64,000 nt of DNA from an uncultured Lachnospiraceae bacterium (GTDB taxonomy: Bacteria > Bacillota > Clostridia > Lachnospirales > Lachnospiraceae). The notes beneath the pieces are model-generated. The model had not been told where the DNA came from, ran no database searches, and was given only the letters and a program-made list of their open reading frames with translations. Shown piece by piece: positions 25,482-36,273 of the stretch; the stretch's first letter is position 1, and each line of letters begins with the position of its first letter. A program made the translations under genes and the position numbers. The stretch covers positions 14,832 to 78,831 of the forward strand of contig ONHZ01000008.1 of assembly GCA_900317755.1 (NCBI GenBank), written 5' to 3'.

Positions 25482-26897
25482 TCATGCCGTTTCAACAGCT
25501 TCGGCCTTTTCATGCTTTGCTTCGATCTTTTTTATTAGATAATGATACGCAAAAAATACAAATGTACCGGCACAGATCCATGCGCATGGATCACAGAATA
25601 CCGCAAGATTATAGGAATGCAGCTTTATAGATACTAATGCACAGACGACTCTTGCGCAGAATTCTACTACGCCTCCAAGCATAGGCAAAAGACCATAGCC
25701 GCAGCCCTGCATTACGTTTCTGTATATGAAAATCATACCAAGCGGCACATAGAAGATCGATGCATAGATAATATAAGGTCTTGCCCATTTTATCATCACA
25801 TCCATATCCGTATCAGCTGTAAAGAAAAGATACATAGTCGGTCTGAGTAACACATTCGTTAATATTATTGCAATCACTGTGTATATGATCATGACAATAA
25901 AGGTGCTCTTCACGCCCGCCTTTACTCTGCCAATATCTCCCTTGCCGTAATTCTGTGCTGAGAAAGTTGCCTCGGCCTGACCGAACGTCATATACCCCTG
26001 CATCAGAAGATTTACCAGTTTTCCAGCTGCCGTAAATGAAGAAATAGCAACAGAACCGAACGCATTTATCGCTGTCTGCATTACCATTGCGCCGCTTGCA
26101 GTAATGGAAAACTGAAGTGCCATAGGAAGACCAACGCCAAGCTGTTTCTTTGTGTCTGGAATATTGATAAAGAAATCCTTCCTCCTTGGCCTTAGAATCG
26201 GAAACTTGACCCAGATATATATGCCACAGAAAACTGCAGAAATACCCTGTGCCGCATCCGTTGCAAGGGCCGCACCCATAGTTCCCATCTTAAATACTGC
26301 AATAAATAAAAGGTCTAAGAAAATATTTAATGCAGCTGAAAATATGAGGAAAAACAGCGGTGCCGTTGAATTACCAACAGATCTCAGAAGTGACGAAAAC
26401 AAATTATAAAACACAATCGTCACTGTTCCCCAGGCAATCCAGATAATATAGTTATAGGCATAATCATATATATTATCCGGCGTATTCATAAGGTGAAGCA
26501 GTGGCTTCATAACTGAAACTCCGACGACGGTTACCACAATTGATGTAATAATTGAAAGTACAATAGAGTTTGCTACGCTCTTCTTCACACCTTCCGTATC
26601 GCCTGCGCCAAATCTCTGCGAAGGCAGCACAGCATAGCCCTGGGTAAGTCCTGTGCCAAAGCCTAAAAGAAGAAACATAATAGTACCAGTAGAGCCTACT
26701 GCGCCAAGAGCATCAGCATTTACAAAATGCCCAACTATAATGGAATCAGCCATATTGTAAAACTGCTGGAATACATTTCCAATAAATAATGGCAGGGCAA
26801 AACGCAGTATCAGGGACATGGGGTTCCCCTCTGTCATGTTTGTCTCACGTGACTTCTGCGTTTTAACCTCTTTTTCTTTTGTCACCACTTCTGACAT
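25482..26897 (-). CDS. MATE family efflux transporter
   Basis: 12-TM profile and the LILRFALPLFIGNVFQQFYNMADS N-terminus typical of MATE. I placed the start at ATG 26897 behind GAGG. Confidence 0.85.
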   Translation of the reverse strand: MSEVVTKEKEVKTQKSRETNMTEGNPMSLILRFALPLFIGNVFQQFYNMADSIIVGHFVNADALGAVGSTGTIMFLLLGFGTGLTQGYAVLPSQRFGAGDTEGVKKSVANSIVLSIITSIVVTVVGVSVMKPLLHLMNTPDNIYDYAYNYIIWIAWGTVTIVFYNLFSSLLRSVGNSTAPLFFLIFSAALNIFLDLLFIAVFKMGTMGAALATDAAQGISAVFCGIYIWVKFPILRPRRKDFFINIPDTKKQLGVGLPMALQFSITASGAMVMQTAINAFGSVAISSFTAAGKLVNLLMQGYMTFGQAEATFSAQNYGKGDIGRVKAGVKSTFIVMIIYTVIAIILTNVLLRPTMYLFFTADTDMDVMIKWARPYIIYASIFYVPLGMIFIYRNVMQGCGYGLLPMLGGVVEFCARVVCALVSIKLHSYNLAVFCDPCAWICAGTFVFFAYHYLIKKIEAKHEKAEAVETA

Positions 26898-27084
26898 AGA
26901 AATACCTCGTAAATAACTATGTAGTGTAATCGGCGTCATTGCCGTGTAATTGTGCAATATATATTAAACTGATAATAAAGTCAATATGAATTTTAATCTT
27001 TTTTCAGGCATAAAGAATTACCATGCATGTTCACTTACTATGCCTATAATACTTGCATAAATACAAATAAGCCTATTGAAAGCT

Positions 27085-27119
27085 GTAAAAAAATAACCGG
27101 CGCAGTTTCCTGCACCGGT
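27085..27119 (-). terminator. terminator of the alpha operon (after rplQ)
   Basis: ACCGGTGCAG / CTGCGCCGGT stem followed by a T-run on the minus strand. Confidence 0.7.
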
Positions 27120-27146
27120 CTCATAATACATCAGTATCGGAGAAAT

Positions 27147-27671
27147 TTATACAAGCTCGAGAAGAACTTCAAGGGCTCCATCACCCTTTCTCTGACCAAG
27201 CTTTACGATTCTTGTGTATCCACCCTGACGATCTGCGTACTTTGGTGCATACTCATCGAAAATCTTGTCTGGAAGGCTGATTTCCTTTGTATCTCTCTTG
27301 TGCTCACCCTTCTCAGTAACAGGGTAAAGAACCTTCAGCATCTGACGACGTGCATGAAGTCTTGATGGCTGATCCTTCTTGATCTTCTTGTCAACTGTAT
27401 CGTATACAGTAACCTTCTTGCCATCTTTTTCTTCCTTGACACGATGTCCGTCCTTGTCCTTCCTCGGAACCTTTGCCTGAACGGTAACTTCATCGAAATT
27501 GTCTTTTTCTTTGATTCCAAGAGCAATAAGCTTCTCAGCAATCTTTCTTACTTCCTTGGCCTTTGCCTCTGTAGTAACGATGCGGCCATGATAAATAAGA
27601 TTTGTTGTCTCGGCACGAAGAAGTGCCTTTCTCTGGTCTGTAGGTCTACTTAACTTTCTGTAACCTGGCAT
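27147..27671 (-). CDS. rplQ: 50S ribosomal protein L17 (with internal insertion)
   Basis: [19 protein letters not shown] ... [19 protein letters not shown]. It is last in the alpha operon. Confidence 0.9.
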   Translation of the reverse strand: MPGYRKLSRPTDQRKALLRAETTNLIYHGRIVTTEAKAKEVRKIAEKLIALGIKEKDNFDEVTVQAKVPRKDKDGHRVKEEKDGKKVTVYDTVDKKIKKDQPSRLHARRQMLKVLYPVTEKGEHKRDTKEISLPDKIFDEYAPKYADRQGGYTRIVKLGQRKGDGALEVLLELV

Positions 27672-27685
27672 GATAACCTCTCTTT

Positions 27686-27780
27686 ACAAACGCCGCTGTC
27701 CGCTCATCGGTCTTATGACAGCAGATTAATGAGTAACACGCCTGCCCGCTCGTCGGACTTATGGCAGCCGCTAATGCTAA
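27686..27780 (-). repeat. two tandem ~45-nt units, each a stem-loop, in the rpoA-rplQ spacer
   Basis: Unit 1 spans 27686-27735 and unit 2 spans 27736-27779. The stems are GCTGTC/GACAGC and CTGCC/GGCAG, with a compensatory T-A to C-G change, and each has a conserved 16-nt loop. Confidence 0.7.
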
Positions 27781-27832
27781 CAAACTTTCATTTGCTCGCT
27801 ATAAAACCGCCGTTTTACGGCTGATTCTATAT

Positions 27833-28795
27833 TTACTGAATTTCATCAGAATCTTTGAATGAAAGACCAAGCTCGTGAAGCTTTGCTTCAACTTCATCAA
27901 GTGACTTTCTGCCAAGATTTCTGACCTTCATCATATCTTCCTGAGACTTCTCTGTAAGTTCTCTTACAGTGCTGATGCCAGCACGCTTCAGGCAGTTGTA
28001 TGAACGAACTGAAAGTTCAAGTTCCTCAATAGGTGTATCGCCAAGAACTGGCTGAGCCTCCTGAGTATTGTCTGTCATAACCTTGACTTCCTTGGCAGCA
28101 TCTGAAAGATTGATGAAAAGATTGAGATGCTCTGCAAGTACCTTTGCTGCAAGTGAAACTGCATCATCAGGTCCAAGTGTGCCATTTGTGATGACATCAA
28201 GTGTAAGCTTGTCGAAATCTGTCTGCTGGCCTACACGAGTGTTCTCAACCTTCATATTTACACGCTCAATTGGTGTGTAAATAGAATCAACAGCAATCAC
28301 ACCGATTGGTGTATCATCTCTCTTATTCTTGTCAGAAGAAACATATCCACGGCCATTTGTAATGGTAAGCTCCATATAGAGCTTTGCCTCTGGTCCGTTT
28401 AAGTGAGCAATCTCAAGGTCAGGATTGATGACTTCAATATCTGAATCAAACTTGATGTCTCCTGCCTTTACGACACCCTCACCTTCATATTCAAGGTAAG
28501 CTGTCTTTGGCTCATCTGTCTTTGAATTGTTCTTCAGAGCAAGCTTCTTTATATTCAGAATAATCTCTGTAACATCTTCCTTTACGCCAGGAAGTGTAGA
28601 GAATTCATGCTGTACACCATCGATTTTGACCTGGCTTACTGCTGTACCAGGAAGGGACGAAAGCATTATTCTACGAAGAGAATTTCCAAGTGTAATACCA
28701 TAACCTCTCTCAAGAGGCTCTACAACGAAACGGCCTGTCTTTCCGTCGTCTGAAATATCGGCAACTTCAATATTCGGCTTTTCAAAGTCCAGCAT
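27833..28795 (-). CDS. rpoA: DNA-directed RNA polymerase subunit alpha
   Basis: 320 aa with [11 protein letters not shown] ... [14 protein letters not shown] and a C-terminal domain. Confidence 0.95.
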   Translation of the reverse strand: MLDFEKPNIEVADISDDGKTGRFVVEPLERGYGITLGNSLRRIMLSSLPGTAVSQVKIDGVQHEFSTLPGVKEDVTEIILNIKKLALKNNSKTDEPKTAYLEYEGEGVVKAGDIKFDSDIEVINPDLEIAHLNGPEAKLYMELTITNGRGYVSSDKNKRDDTPIGVIAVDSIYTPIERVNMKVENTRVGQQTDFDKLTLDVITNGTLGPDDAVSLAAKVLAEHLNLFINLSDAAKEVKVMTDNTQEAQPVLGDTPIEELELSVRSYNCLKRAGISTVRELTEKSQEDMMKVRNLGRKSLDEVEAKLHELGLSFKDSDEIQ

Positions 28796-28832
28796 TTACA
28801 CGCTCCTTCTTATTAATGTTTATGAAGCAAAC

Positions 28833-28982
28833 GGATTGCTCCATTGCTGAGTAATTTAGCAATCCTACGAACAACTCGAATCTCGACGATTTTCTTCAAA
28901 AATCGTCTTCTTCTCGTTGTTCTTACGGGGCTCAAAGTGGAATTATTCTTTATACGTAAACGTAACAGAATAATTCCACTTT
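28833..28982 (-). other. three strong hairpins in the rpsD-rpoA spacer
   Basis: Stems are GGATTGCT/AGCAATCC (28833-28865), GAACAAC..GACGATTTT/AAAATCGTC..GTTGTTC (28869-28922), and a perfect 16-bp stem AAAGTGGAATTATTCT/AGAATAATTCCACTTT (28934-28982). Confidence 0.7.
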
Positions 28983-29001
28983 TATCCCCTTTTGCTTAAG
29001 G

Positions 29002-29595
29002 TTATTTAGAATATAACTCGACAATCATCATCTCATCAACAGGTACATCAATCTGTGCACGCTTAGGAAGAGATGTAATCGTTCCCTTTAAGTTCTCGTG
29101 GTCAACATCCATCCACTCAGGAGTCATTCTTCCGCCTGTAACTTCCTGAATGTCCTTGAATCTCTGAAGTGACTTCTTGCCTTCCTTAACTTCGATCACA
29201 TCGCCAGCCTTAACCTGATATGAAGGAAGGTTGATAGCCTTGCCGTTTACTGTAATGAACTTGTGATCAACGATCTGACGTGCTTCACGTCTTGTACGTG
29301 CAAAGCCCATACGGAAAACAACGCTGTCAAGACGGCACTCAAGCATAGTCATCAGGTTCTCACCAGTCATGCCCTTCATACGATCAGCCTTCTCATAGTA
29401 ATTTCTGAAAGGCTTCTCAAGTACGCCGTAGATGAACTTTGCTTTCTGCTTTTCACGGAGCTGCTGTCCGTATTCTGAAACCTTATGAGCCTGGTGAAGA
29501 GGTTTTCTCTTTGACTTCTTGTCTACACCAAGAAACTGAGGCTCAAGGCCAAGTGATCTGCATCTTTTTAATACAGGTGTCTTATCTATTGCCAT
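29002..29595 (-). CDS. rpsD: 30S ribosomal protein S4
   Basis: 197 aa with an S4 N-terminus and an S4 RNA-binding domain, in alpha-operon position. Confidence 0.95.
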   Translation of the reverse strand: MAIDKTPVLKRCRSLGLEPQFLGVDKKSKRKPLHQAHKVSEYGQQLREKQKAKFIYGVLEKPFRNYYEKADRMKGMTGENLMTMLECRLDSVVFRMGFARTRREARQIVDHKFITVNGKAINLPSYQVKAGDVIEVKEGKKSLQRFKDIQEVTGGRMTPEWMDVDHENLKGTITSLPKRAQIDVPVDEMMIVELYSK

Positions 29596-29643
29596 GATTT
29601 AATATCCTCCAAATGTGATTGGCATAAAAAAACATATAACTAC

Positions 29644-30048
29644 TCAGACTCTTCTCCTCTTTGGAGGACGGCAGCCGTTATGAGGTACCGGAGTAGTATC
29701 AGTAATAGTAGTAACGTGAATGCCATTTGCTTCAATCGCACGGATAGCTGCTTCTCTGCCTGAACCAGGTCCCTTTACAAGGACATCAACAGTCTTGATG
29801 CCTGTAGGAAGGGCAGCCTTTGCTGCTGTCTCTGCTGCTACCTGAGCTGCATATGGAGTAGACTTTCTTGAACCACGGAATCCAAGTCCGCCTGCAGATG
29901 CCCAGCTGATTGCGTTGCCCTGTGCATCTGTGATTGTAACTATAGTATTGTTGAAGGATGCCTGAATATGGACCTGACCATGATCAACACTCTTCCTTAC
30001 TTTCTTCTTACCAGACTTTTTAGCCTGTGAATTTGCTTGTCTAGGCAT
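29644..30048 (-). CDS. rpsK: 30S ribosomal protein S11
   Basis: [20 protein letters not shown] motif. Confidence 0.95.
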   Translation of the reverse strand: MPRQANSQAKKSGKKKVRKSVDHGQVHIQASFNNTIVTITDAQGNAISWASAGGLGFRGSRKSTPYAAQVAAETAAKAALPTGIKTVDVLVKGPGSGREAAIRAIEANGIHVTTITDTTPVPHNGCRPPKRRRV

Positions 30049-30070
30049 TATTTTCTCCTTTTAATGAACA

Positions 30071-30442
30071 TTACTTCTTCTTGTTAGCAATGGTCTTCTT
30101 CGGACCTTTTCTTGTCCTTGCGTTGGTCTTTGTCTTCTGTCCACGTACAGGAAGTCCTTTTCTGTGACGGATTCCTCTGTAGCAGCCGATTTCCTGAAGA
30201 GTCTTGATATTCATAGCAACATCACGGCGAAGGTCACCTTCAACCATGATACCCTCAGCATCGATTGCTTCAGTAATACGCTTTACTTCGTCATCTGTAA
30301 GATCCTTGACACGTGTGTCAGGATTTACTTCTGCTCTTTTTAATAATTTATTGCTGGTAGCTACGCCAATACCATAGATATAGGTAAGGCCGATTTCTAC
30401 TCTTTTGTCTCTTGGTAAATCCACACCGGCGATACGAGCCAT
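30071..30442 (-). CDS. rpsM: 30S ribosomal protein S13
   Basis: [26 protein letters not shown]. Confidence 0.95.
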   Translation of the reverse strand: MARIAGVDLPRDKRVEIGLTYIYGIGVATSNKLLKRAEVNPDTRVKDLTDDEVKRITEAIDAEGIMVEGDLRRDVAMNIKTLQEIGCYRGIRHRKGLPVRGQKTKTNARTRKGPKKTIANKKK

Positions 30443-30506
30443 ATTGCAGTACCTCTTTCTTTCCTGAGTAAATTAAAATTTATAAAACATAAAAAGAATT
30501 CCTAAA

Positions 30507-30620
30507 TCAGCCCTGTACTTGCTTGTGCTTAGGATTCTCGCAAATGATACGTATTTTGCCTTTTCTCTTAATAACCTTGCACTTTTCACACATAGGCTTT
30601 ACTGAAGAACGTACCTTCAT
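30507..30620 (-). CDS. rpmJ: 50S ribosomal protein L36
   Basis: Hand-read 37-aa [40 protein letters not shown]. It is below the ORF-track cutoff. Confidence 0.9.
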   Translation of the reverse strand: MKVRSSVKPMCEKCKVIKRKGKIRIICENPKHKQVQG

Positions 30621-30728
30621 CTCGAATTCTCCTTTCCGAACCGTATAAAATTACCCCTAATTAAAAGGGGCACGAAATCAGTGTCCGAAATATTATAATT
30701 CGGTGCAACTAAGTTGTCAAGCAAAATT

Positions 30729-30947
30729 TTATTTATCTCTCCAGACAATTCTGCCCTTTGTAAGATCGTATGGAGACATCTCAACAGTAACTGTATCACC
30801 CTGTAAAATTCTGATGTAATTCATACGAAGCTTGCCAGAAAGATGCGCTAAAATTTCATGTCCGTTTTCAAGTTCAACCTTAAACATTGCATTGGGGAGT
30901 TTATCAACTACCTTACCCTCAACTTCGATTGAATCAACCTTTGCCAA
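30729..30947 (-). CDS. infA: translation initiation factor IF-1
   Basis: 72 aa, [35 protein letters not shown]. Confidence 0.95.
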   Translation of the reverse strand: MAKVDSIEVEGKVVDKLPNAMFKVELENGHEILAHLSGKLRMNYIRILQGDTVTVEMSPYDLTKGRIVWRDK

Positions 30948-30975
30948 CTTCTCTTCTCCTTAGTGCCTGACTAAA

Positions 30976-31617
30976 TCAACCTAAAACTTTACTTATCTCA
31001 GCCGTTACATTCTCAAGACCGATTGTTCCGTTTATCTTCTTCAGAACACCTTTCTTTTCAAAATAATCAACGAGCGGCTGTGTCTGCTCATGGTAAACTG
31101 AAAGTCTGTGCTTTACTGTTTCCGGCTTATCATCATCTCGGAGAATGAGTTCCGTACCGCATTTATCACAGATGCCTTCTACCTTTGGCTTAAGAGACTC
31201 GATATGATAGGTAGCTCCGCATTTCGGGCAGAACCTTCTGCCCTGCATACGATGAACGATTTCTTCATCTGGAACTTCGATATCGATAGCGAAATCTATT
31301 GACTCGCCTCTCTTTTCAAGAGCCTTGTCAAGTGCCTCAGCCTGAGCAATTGTTCTTGGAAAACCGTCTAAGATATATCCATCCTTGCAGTCATCCTTTG
31401 AAATCCTGTCTGTTACAAGGTCACAAGTGAGTTCATCCGGAACAAGCTCGCCTTTGTCCATGTAGGACTTTGCCTTTTTACCAAGAGGCGTATTGTCCCT
31501 GATATTTGCACGGAAGATATCTCCAGTTGAAATATGCGGGATGTTGTACTTTGCGGTAATTCTCTCAGCCTGAGTTCCTTTTCCTGCACCAGGTGCACCA
31601 AGCATTATGATTTTCAT
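30976..31617 (-). CDS. adk: adenylate kinase
   Basis: GAPGAGKGTQ P-loop and a zinc lid CPKC...CDKC. Confidence 0.95.
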   Translation of the reverse strand: MKIIMLGAPGAGKGTQAERITAKYNIPHISTGDIFRANIRDNTPLGKKAKSYMDKGELVPDELTCDLVTDRISKDDCKDGYILDGFPRTIAQAEALDKALEKRGESIDFAIDIEVPDEEIVHRMQGRRFCPKCGATYHIESLKPKVEGICDKCGTELILRDDDKPETVKHRLSVYHEQTQPLVDYFEKKGVLKKINGTIGLENVTAEISKVLG

Positions 31618-31644
31618 AATATCTTCCTTTCACAAAAATCAGCA

Positions 31645-32967
31645 TTATTTGTCACTTAAGAAACCTTTATAGTTTCGAACCATCATCTGAGATTCAATCT
31701 GTGTGAGCGTTTCAATGACAACGCCTACAACGATGATGATTGATGTGCCTCCGAAGGAGACATTTGCTTTGAACAGGCCATTCAGCATAATCGGAACGAT
31801 AGCAACGATTGAGAGTCCGATTGCACCGATGAAAATGATCCTGTTCGCGACCGTCGTAAGATAGTCGCTTGTTGGCTTTCCTGGTCTGATACCTGGAATA
31901 AAACCGCCCTGCTTCTTAAGATTGTCTGCGATCTCTAACGGATTAAAAGTAATCTCTGTGTAGAAGTACGCAAACGCGATATTCAGCAGAACAAAAACAG
32001 CCGCACCAATTGTATAAATCCAATTGTCTGTATTAAACCAGTTTGACTGGGAAAGTCCTTTAAGTACGCCGTACCAGAATCCTGTACCGTTATTCTTTCC
32101 AAGAAGAGCCATGATGATGACCGGAGTCTCCATAATAGACTCAGAAAAGATGACCGGGATAACACCGGCGGTATTCACTTTTAACGGTATGTATGTGCTC
32201 TGTCCGCCAACCATCTGGCGACCAACAAGCTTCTTTGAATACTGTACCGGAATACGTCTCTCGGCTGCGTTTAAGATAACTACCATGACAACAACGCCGA
32301 TGATAATAAGGAAAATAATTGCAGCGGAAAGTACCATTCTTGGAACTGTCTTGCCTTTTACATTGACAAATTCATTCCAAAGAGAAGTCATATCCTGAGG
32401 CATACGAGAAATGATATTGATAATAAGTACAATTGAAATACCATTTCCTACACCCTGGAGTGTAATTCTCTCACCAATCCACATAAGGATTGCTGAACCA
32501 GCAGTAAGTCCTGCTGTAAGGCTTAAAACACCAAAGAAACTAAAATCATCAAGATATCCGCTTCTTCCGAAGCCGATGCCCATTGCTACAGATTCCAAAA
32601 TGGAAAGTGCAATCGTAAGATATCTTGTAAGCTGAACCAGTTTCTTTCGTCCTGATTCGCCCTCACGCTGCATCTCCTCAAGCTTTGGAAATGCAACAGT
32701 AAGAAGCTCTATGATAATAGAAGCAGTAATGTAAGGTGTAATGTTCAGGGCGAAAAGAGACATCTGCTCAAAAGAACCACCTGTAATTGCATCAAAGAAG
32801 TTCATTGACGAACCGGCTCTTTCGAAAAGGTTCTTGAATACATCCGGATCAACTCCGGGAAGAGGCATCTGGCAGCCTAACCTTATGACAATAAGCATAA
32901 GGAAGGTAAAAAGAAGCCTCATTCTGAGTTCCTTGATCTTGAAAGCGTCTCTAATGCTATTGAACAT
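31645..32967 (-). CDS. secY: preprotein translocase subunit SecY
   Basis: 440 aa with a 10-TM SecY profile, in spc operon position. Confidence 0.95.
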   Translation of the reverse strand: MFNSIRDAFKIKELRMRLLFTFLMLIVIRLGCQMPLPGVDPDVFKNLFERAGSSMNFFDAITGGSFEQMSLFALNITPYITASIIIELLTVAFPKLEEMQREGESGRKKLVQLTRYLTIALSILESVAMGIGFGRSGYLDDFSFFGVLSLTAGLTAGSAILMWIGERITLQGVGNGISIVLIINIISRMPQDMTSLWNEFVNVKGKTVPRMVLSAAIIFLIIIGVVVMVVILNAAERRIPVQYSKKLVGRQMVGGQSTYIPLKVNTAGVIPVIFSESIMETPVIIMALLGKNNGTGFWYGVLKGLSQSNWFNTDNWIYTIGAAVFVLLNIAFAYFYTEITFNPLEIADNLKKQGGFIPGIRPGKPTSDYLTTVANRIIFIGAIGLSIVAIVPIMLNGLFKANVSFGGTSIIIVVGVVIETLTQIESQMMVRNYKGFLSDK

Positions 32968-33410
32968 CAGATCACCTCTGCTTTTCCACCTGCTGCCTCA
33001 ATCTTCTCTTTTGCGGAAGCTGAATAAGCGTTAACCTTGACATTGAGCTTCTTTGTAAGCTCACCCTTGCCTAAAATCTTTACGCCGTCTCTCTCGTTCT
33101 TTAATACGCCAGCGTCCTTAAGAGCCTGAATATCAACATCAGCGCCGTCTTCAAATCTCTTGTCGAGTTCTGAAACATTTACTGAAACGATGTATTTTGT
33201 ATTTCTGTTGTGGAAGCCCTTCTTAGGAACACGTCTGTAGAGAGGCATCTGACCACCTTCGAAACCAGGTCTTGGTGCACCAGTACGAGCCTTCTGACCC
33301 TTGGTACCCTTACCTGCAGTCTTACCATTTCCTGAACCCTGACCGCGGCCTTTTCTGAAATTGTTTGAATGCTTTGCGCCCTCGGCAGGCTTTAAATTGG
33401 AAAGATCCAT
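32967..33410 (-). CDS. rplO: 50S ribosomal protein L15
   Basis: [24 protein letters not shown] motif. Confidence 0.95.
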   Translation of the reverse strand: MDLSNLKPAEGAKHSNNFRKGRGQGSGNGKTAGKGTKGQKARTGAPRPGFEGGQMPLYRRVPKKGFHNRNTKYIVSVNVSELDKRFEDGADVDIQALKDAGVLKNERDGVKILGKGELTKKLNVKVNAYSASAKEKIEAAGGKAEVI

Positions 33411-33429
33411 TATGTACCTCCAAGTATAT

Positions 33430-33618
33430 TTATACTTCTTCTACCTTTACAAGATGAGCGACACGGCGAACCATTCCGCGTGTAGTGTCGTTATCAGGTA
33501 AAATATTTGATGAGTTTATCTTATGAAGTCCAAGTGCCTCGACAGTCTTCTTGTTCTTCGGAACTGCGCCGATTGTTGACTTAACGAGTGTGACTTTAAC
33601 CTTCTTTTCTTCTGCCAT
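33430..33618 (-). CDS. rpmD: 50S ribosomal protein L30
   Basis: 62 aa with [11 protein letters not shown] ... TVEALGL. Confidence 0.9.
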   Translation of the reverse strand: MAEEKKVKVTLVKSTIGAVPKNKKTVEALGLHKINSSNILPDNDTTRGMVRRVAHLVKVEEV

Positions 33619-33620
33619 AA

Positions 33621-34136
33621 TTACATGCCTCCCTTGATTTCATCAACGGACTTGCCTCTTAAACGGGCAACGTCTTCGGGATTCTTAAGCTGTGAAAGTG
33701 CATCAATTGTAGCAAGTACAACATTCTGCTTATTTGAAGAACCAAGTGACTTTGTACGGATATTTCTGATGCCGGCAAGTTCGCAGACGGAACGAGCTGG
33801 ACCACCAGCGATAATACCAGTACCTTCTGGAGCCTTCTTAAGAAGAACTGTTGCACCTGTGTGCTTTCCAATTATGTCATGATTGATTGAACCTGCTTCA
33901 TTGATAGAAACATTTACGAGATGCTTCTCTGCAGCTTCCTTGCCTTTTCTGATAGCGTCAGGAATTTCAGCAGCCTTGCCAAGACCAGCACCAACACGGC
34001 CATTTCCATCACCAACAACGACAAGAGCTGAGAAACGCATATTTCTACCACCCTTAACAACCTTGGTGACTCTCTTTATAGCAACGACATTGTCCTGGAA
34101 TTCGCTCTCTGTGTTTTCGCGATTATTCTTTTTCAT
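33621..34136 (-). CDS. rpsE: 30S ribosomal protein S5
   Basis: [27 protein letters not shown]. Confidence 0.95.
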   Translation of the reverse strand: MKKNNRENTESEFQDNVVAIKRVTKVVKGGRNMRFSALVVVGDGNGRVGAGLGKAAEIPDAIRKGKEAAEKHLVNVSINEAGSINHDIIGKHTGATVLLKKAPEGTGIIAGGPARSVCELAGIRNIRTKSLGSSNKQNVVLATIDALSQLKNPEDVARLRGKSVDEIKGGM

Positions 34137-34154
34137 TCGTATCCTCCAGAATAA

Positions 34155-34523
34155 TTAAAACTTAAGTCCAGCTTCTCTCGCTGAATCAGCAAATGCCTGG
34201 ACCTTGCCGGCATAAAGATGACCACCACGATCGAATACTACAGCTTCAATACCCTTTGCTTTAGCTCTTTCACCAAGGACAGTGCCAAGCTTCTGGGCAG
34301 CTTCCATATTGTCTGTATATGTAAGTCCTTCCTTGACTTCCTTGTCGAGAGTTGAAGCGGAGCACAGAGTAACGCCCTTTGTATCGTCAATTACCTGAGC
34401 ATACATATGCTTGTTGCTTCTGAATACAGCGAGTCTCGGTCTTTCTGAAGTACCAGAAAGAGTGTGACGAAGTCTGTAATGTTTTTTCTGTCTGAGTTCA
34501 GTTCTATTCTTCTTCGAAACCAT
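34155..34523 (-). CDS. rplR: 50S ribosomal protein L18
   Basis: [21 protein letters not shown] placed the start at ATG 34523; the track starts at GTG 34532, which directly abuts the RBS. Confidence 0.9.
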   Translation of the reverse strand: MVSKKNRTELRQKKHYRLRHTLSGTSERPRLAVFRSNKHMYAQVIDDTKGVTLCSASTLDKEVKEGLTYTDNMEAAQKLGTVLGERAKAKGIEAVVFDRGGHLYAGKVQAFADSAREAGLKF

Positions 34524-34541
34524 TTTTTGCACTCCTTTCTA

Positions 34542-35081
34542 TTACTTCTTACCAGCCTTACCAGCCTTACGGCGGATGACTTCATCTGCATACTTGATAC
34601 CCTTGCCCTTGTAAGGTTCAGGTCTCTTCTTATCACGGATATTAGCGGCATACTGGCCAACTAATTCTTTATCAATACCCTTTACTGTGATGATATTGTC
34701 CTGTACCTCAGCAGTAACGCCTTCTGGATCTGTCATCTCAACCGGGTGTGAAAATCCAAGATTTAATGTAAGCTTATTTCCAGACTTAGCTACACGGTAA
34801 CCTACACCGTTAAGCTCAAGCTTCTTCTCGAAACCGTCTGTAACACCGATTACCATATTGTTTAATAAGCTTCTTGTGAGACCATGAAGAGATTTCATTT
34901 TCTTAAGATCGTTTGGTCTCTCAACTAATACTTCCTTGCCATCTGAAGTAATTTTCATCTCGTGGGGAAGCTCTTTAGAAATTGTTCCCTTCGGTCCCTT
35001 AACCGTCACAAGATTATTTTCTGCAATATCAACAGTAACACCTGCTGGGATTGCGATTGGCATTCTTCCTATACGTGACAT
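34542..35081 (-). CDS. rplF: 50S ribosomal protein L6
   Basis: [17 protein letters not shown]. Confidence 0.95.
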   Translation of the reverse strand: MSRIGRMPIAIPAGVTVDIAENNLVTVKGPKGTISKELPHEMKITSDGKEVLVERPNDLKKMKSLHGLTRSLLNNMVIGVTDGFEKKLELNGVGYRVAKSGNKLTLNLGFSHPVEMTDPEGVTAEVQDNIITVKGIDKELVGQYAANIRDKKRPEPYKGKGIKYADEVIRRKAGKAGKK

Positions 35082-35102
35082 GCCCGTACTTTCCTTTCTT
35101 TA

Positions 35103-35504
35103 TTACCATACATAAGCTAAAACTTCGCCGCCAACTTTCTTCTCTCTAGCTTCCTTGTCAGAGATAACTCCCTGATTTGTAGAGATGATGGCTGTGCCAA
35201 GTCCGCCAAGTACCTTTGGAATATCATCCTTGCCTGCGTAAATACGAAGACCAGGCTTTGAAATTCTCTTAATTCCTGTAATGACCTGATTCTTTCTTAA
35301 GCCTTCATACTTAAGGAAGATTCTGATGTCCTTGAAGGCACCATTGTCTACAAGTTCATATTTTGCGATGTAACCCTCATCAAGAAGGATTCCAGCTATT
35401 GAAAGCTTCATCTTTGAAGAAGGAACATCAACATAGTCATGCTTTGCTGTATTTGCATTACGGATTCTTGTAAGCATATCAGCGATGGGATCGTTTGTTG
35501 TCAT
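35103..35504 (-). CDS. rpsH: 30S ribosomal protein S8
   Basis: [17 protein letters not shown]. Start at 35504 behind GGAGGA. Confidence 0.95.
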   Translation of the reverse strand: MTTNDPIADMLTRIRNANTAKHDYVDVPSSKMKLSIAGILLDEGYIAKYELVDNGAFKDIRIFLKYEGLRKNQVITGIKRISKPGLRIYAGKDDIPKVLGGLGTAIISTNQGVISDKEAREKKVGGEVLAYVW

Positions 35505-35519
35505 TTTATCTTCCTCCAA

Positions 35520-35705
35520 TTACCATGATGCTTTTCTAATGCCAGGAATCTCGCCCTTGTATGCAAGCTCTCTAAAGCAGATTCTGCAGATTCCATATTT
35601 CTTGATTACAGCGTGAGGTCTTCCGCAGATCCTGCAGCGTGTATAAGCACGTGTAGAATACTTAGGAGTCTTCTGCTGCTTTAATTTCATAGATTTCTTT
35701 GCCAT
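35520..35705 (-). CDS. rpsZ: 30S ribosomal protein S14 type Z (zinc-binding)
   Basis: 61 aa, [11 protein letters not shown] ... [14 protein letters not shown]. Start at 35705 behind AAGGAG. Confidence 0.9.
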   Translation of the reverse strand: MAKKSMKLKQQKTPKYSTRAYTRCRICGRPHAVIKKYGICRICFRELAYKGEIPGIRKASW

Positions 35706-35721
35706 CGTATTTCTCCTTATG

Positions 35722-36261
35722 TCACTGTGCAAATGGCATACCGAAGAGCCTTAAAAGTTCTCTGGCTTCTTCATCTGTCTTTGCTGTTGTAACGAATGCA
35801 ATATCCATACCGCGGATTGCATCTACCTGATCATATTCAATCTCAGGGAAGATAATCTGTTCCTTGAGGCCAAGTGAATAATTTCCTCTGCCATCGAAAG
35901 AATCAGGATTAACACCATGGAAATCACGTACTCGTGGAAGAGCAAGATTAACAAGTCTGTCAAGGAAATCATACATCTTATCGCCACGAAGTGTGGTCTT
36001 AACACCGATTCCCATACCTTCACGAATCTTGAAGTTTGCAATTGAATTCTTTGCCTTTGTAACTACTGCGTGCTGGCCTGTGATTGTCTCAACATCAGCT
36101 GCTGCAGACTCAAGAACCTTCTTGTTCTCCTTTGCTTCGCCAAGACCGATGTTTACGACGATCTTCTCAAGCTTAGGAATTTCCATAACATTCTTATAGC
36201 CGAACTTCTTCTGCATCTCGGAGGCTATAGTGTTCTGATATTCATCTTTTAATCTAGACAT
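35722..36261 (-). CDS. rplE: 50S ribosomal protein L5
   Basis: [12 protein letters not shown] ... [16 protein letters not shown]. Confidence 0.95.
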   Translation of the reverse strand: MSRLKDEYQNTIASEMQKKFGYKNVMEIPKLEKIVVNIGLGEAKENKKVLESAAADVETITGQHAVVTKAKNSIANFKIREGMGIGVKTTLRGDKMYDFLDRLVNLALPRVRDFHGVNPDSFDGRGNYSLGLKEQIIFPEIEYDQVDAIRGMDIAFVTTAKTDEEARELLRLFGMPFAQ

Positions 36262-36273
36262 TTAATCCTCCAA

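Noticed and set aside
30617-30799. 60-aa minus-strand ORF spanning the rpmJ-infA spacer
   Set aside because: It overlaps the infA 3' end out of frame and shows no conservation signal. The real small gene here is rpmJ (30507-30620).
30948-30975. Missing methionine aminopeptidase (map) between adk and infA
   Set aside because: Only 28 nt separate adk and infA, so map is simply not in this operon. That is a normal variant and not a deletion scar.
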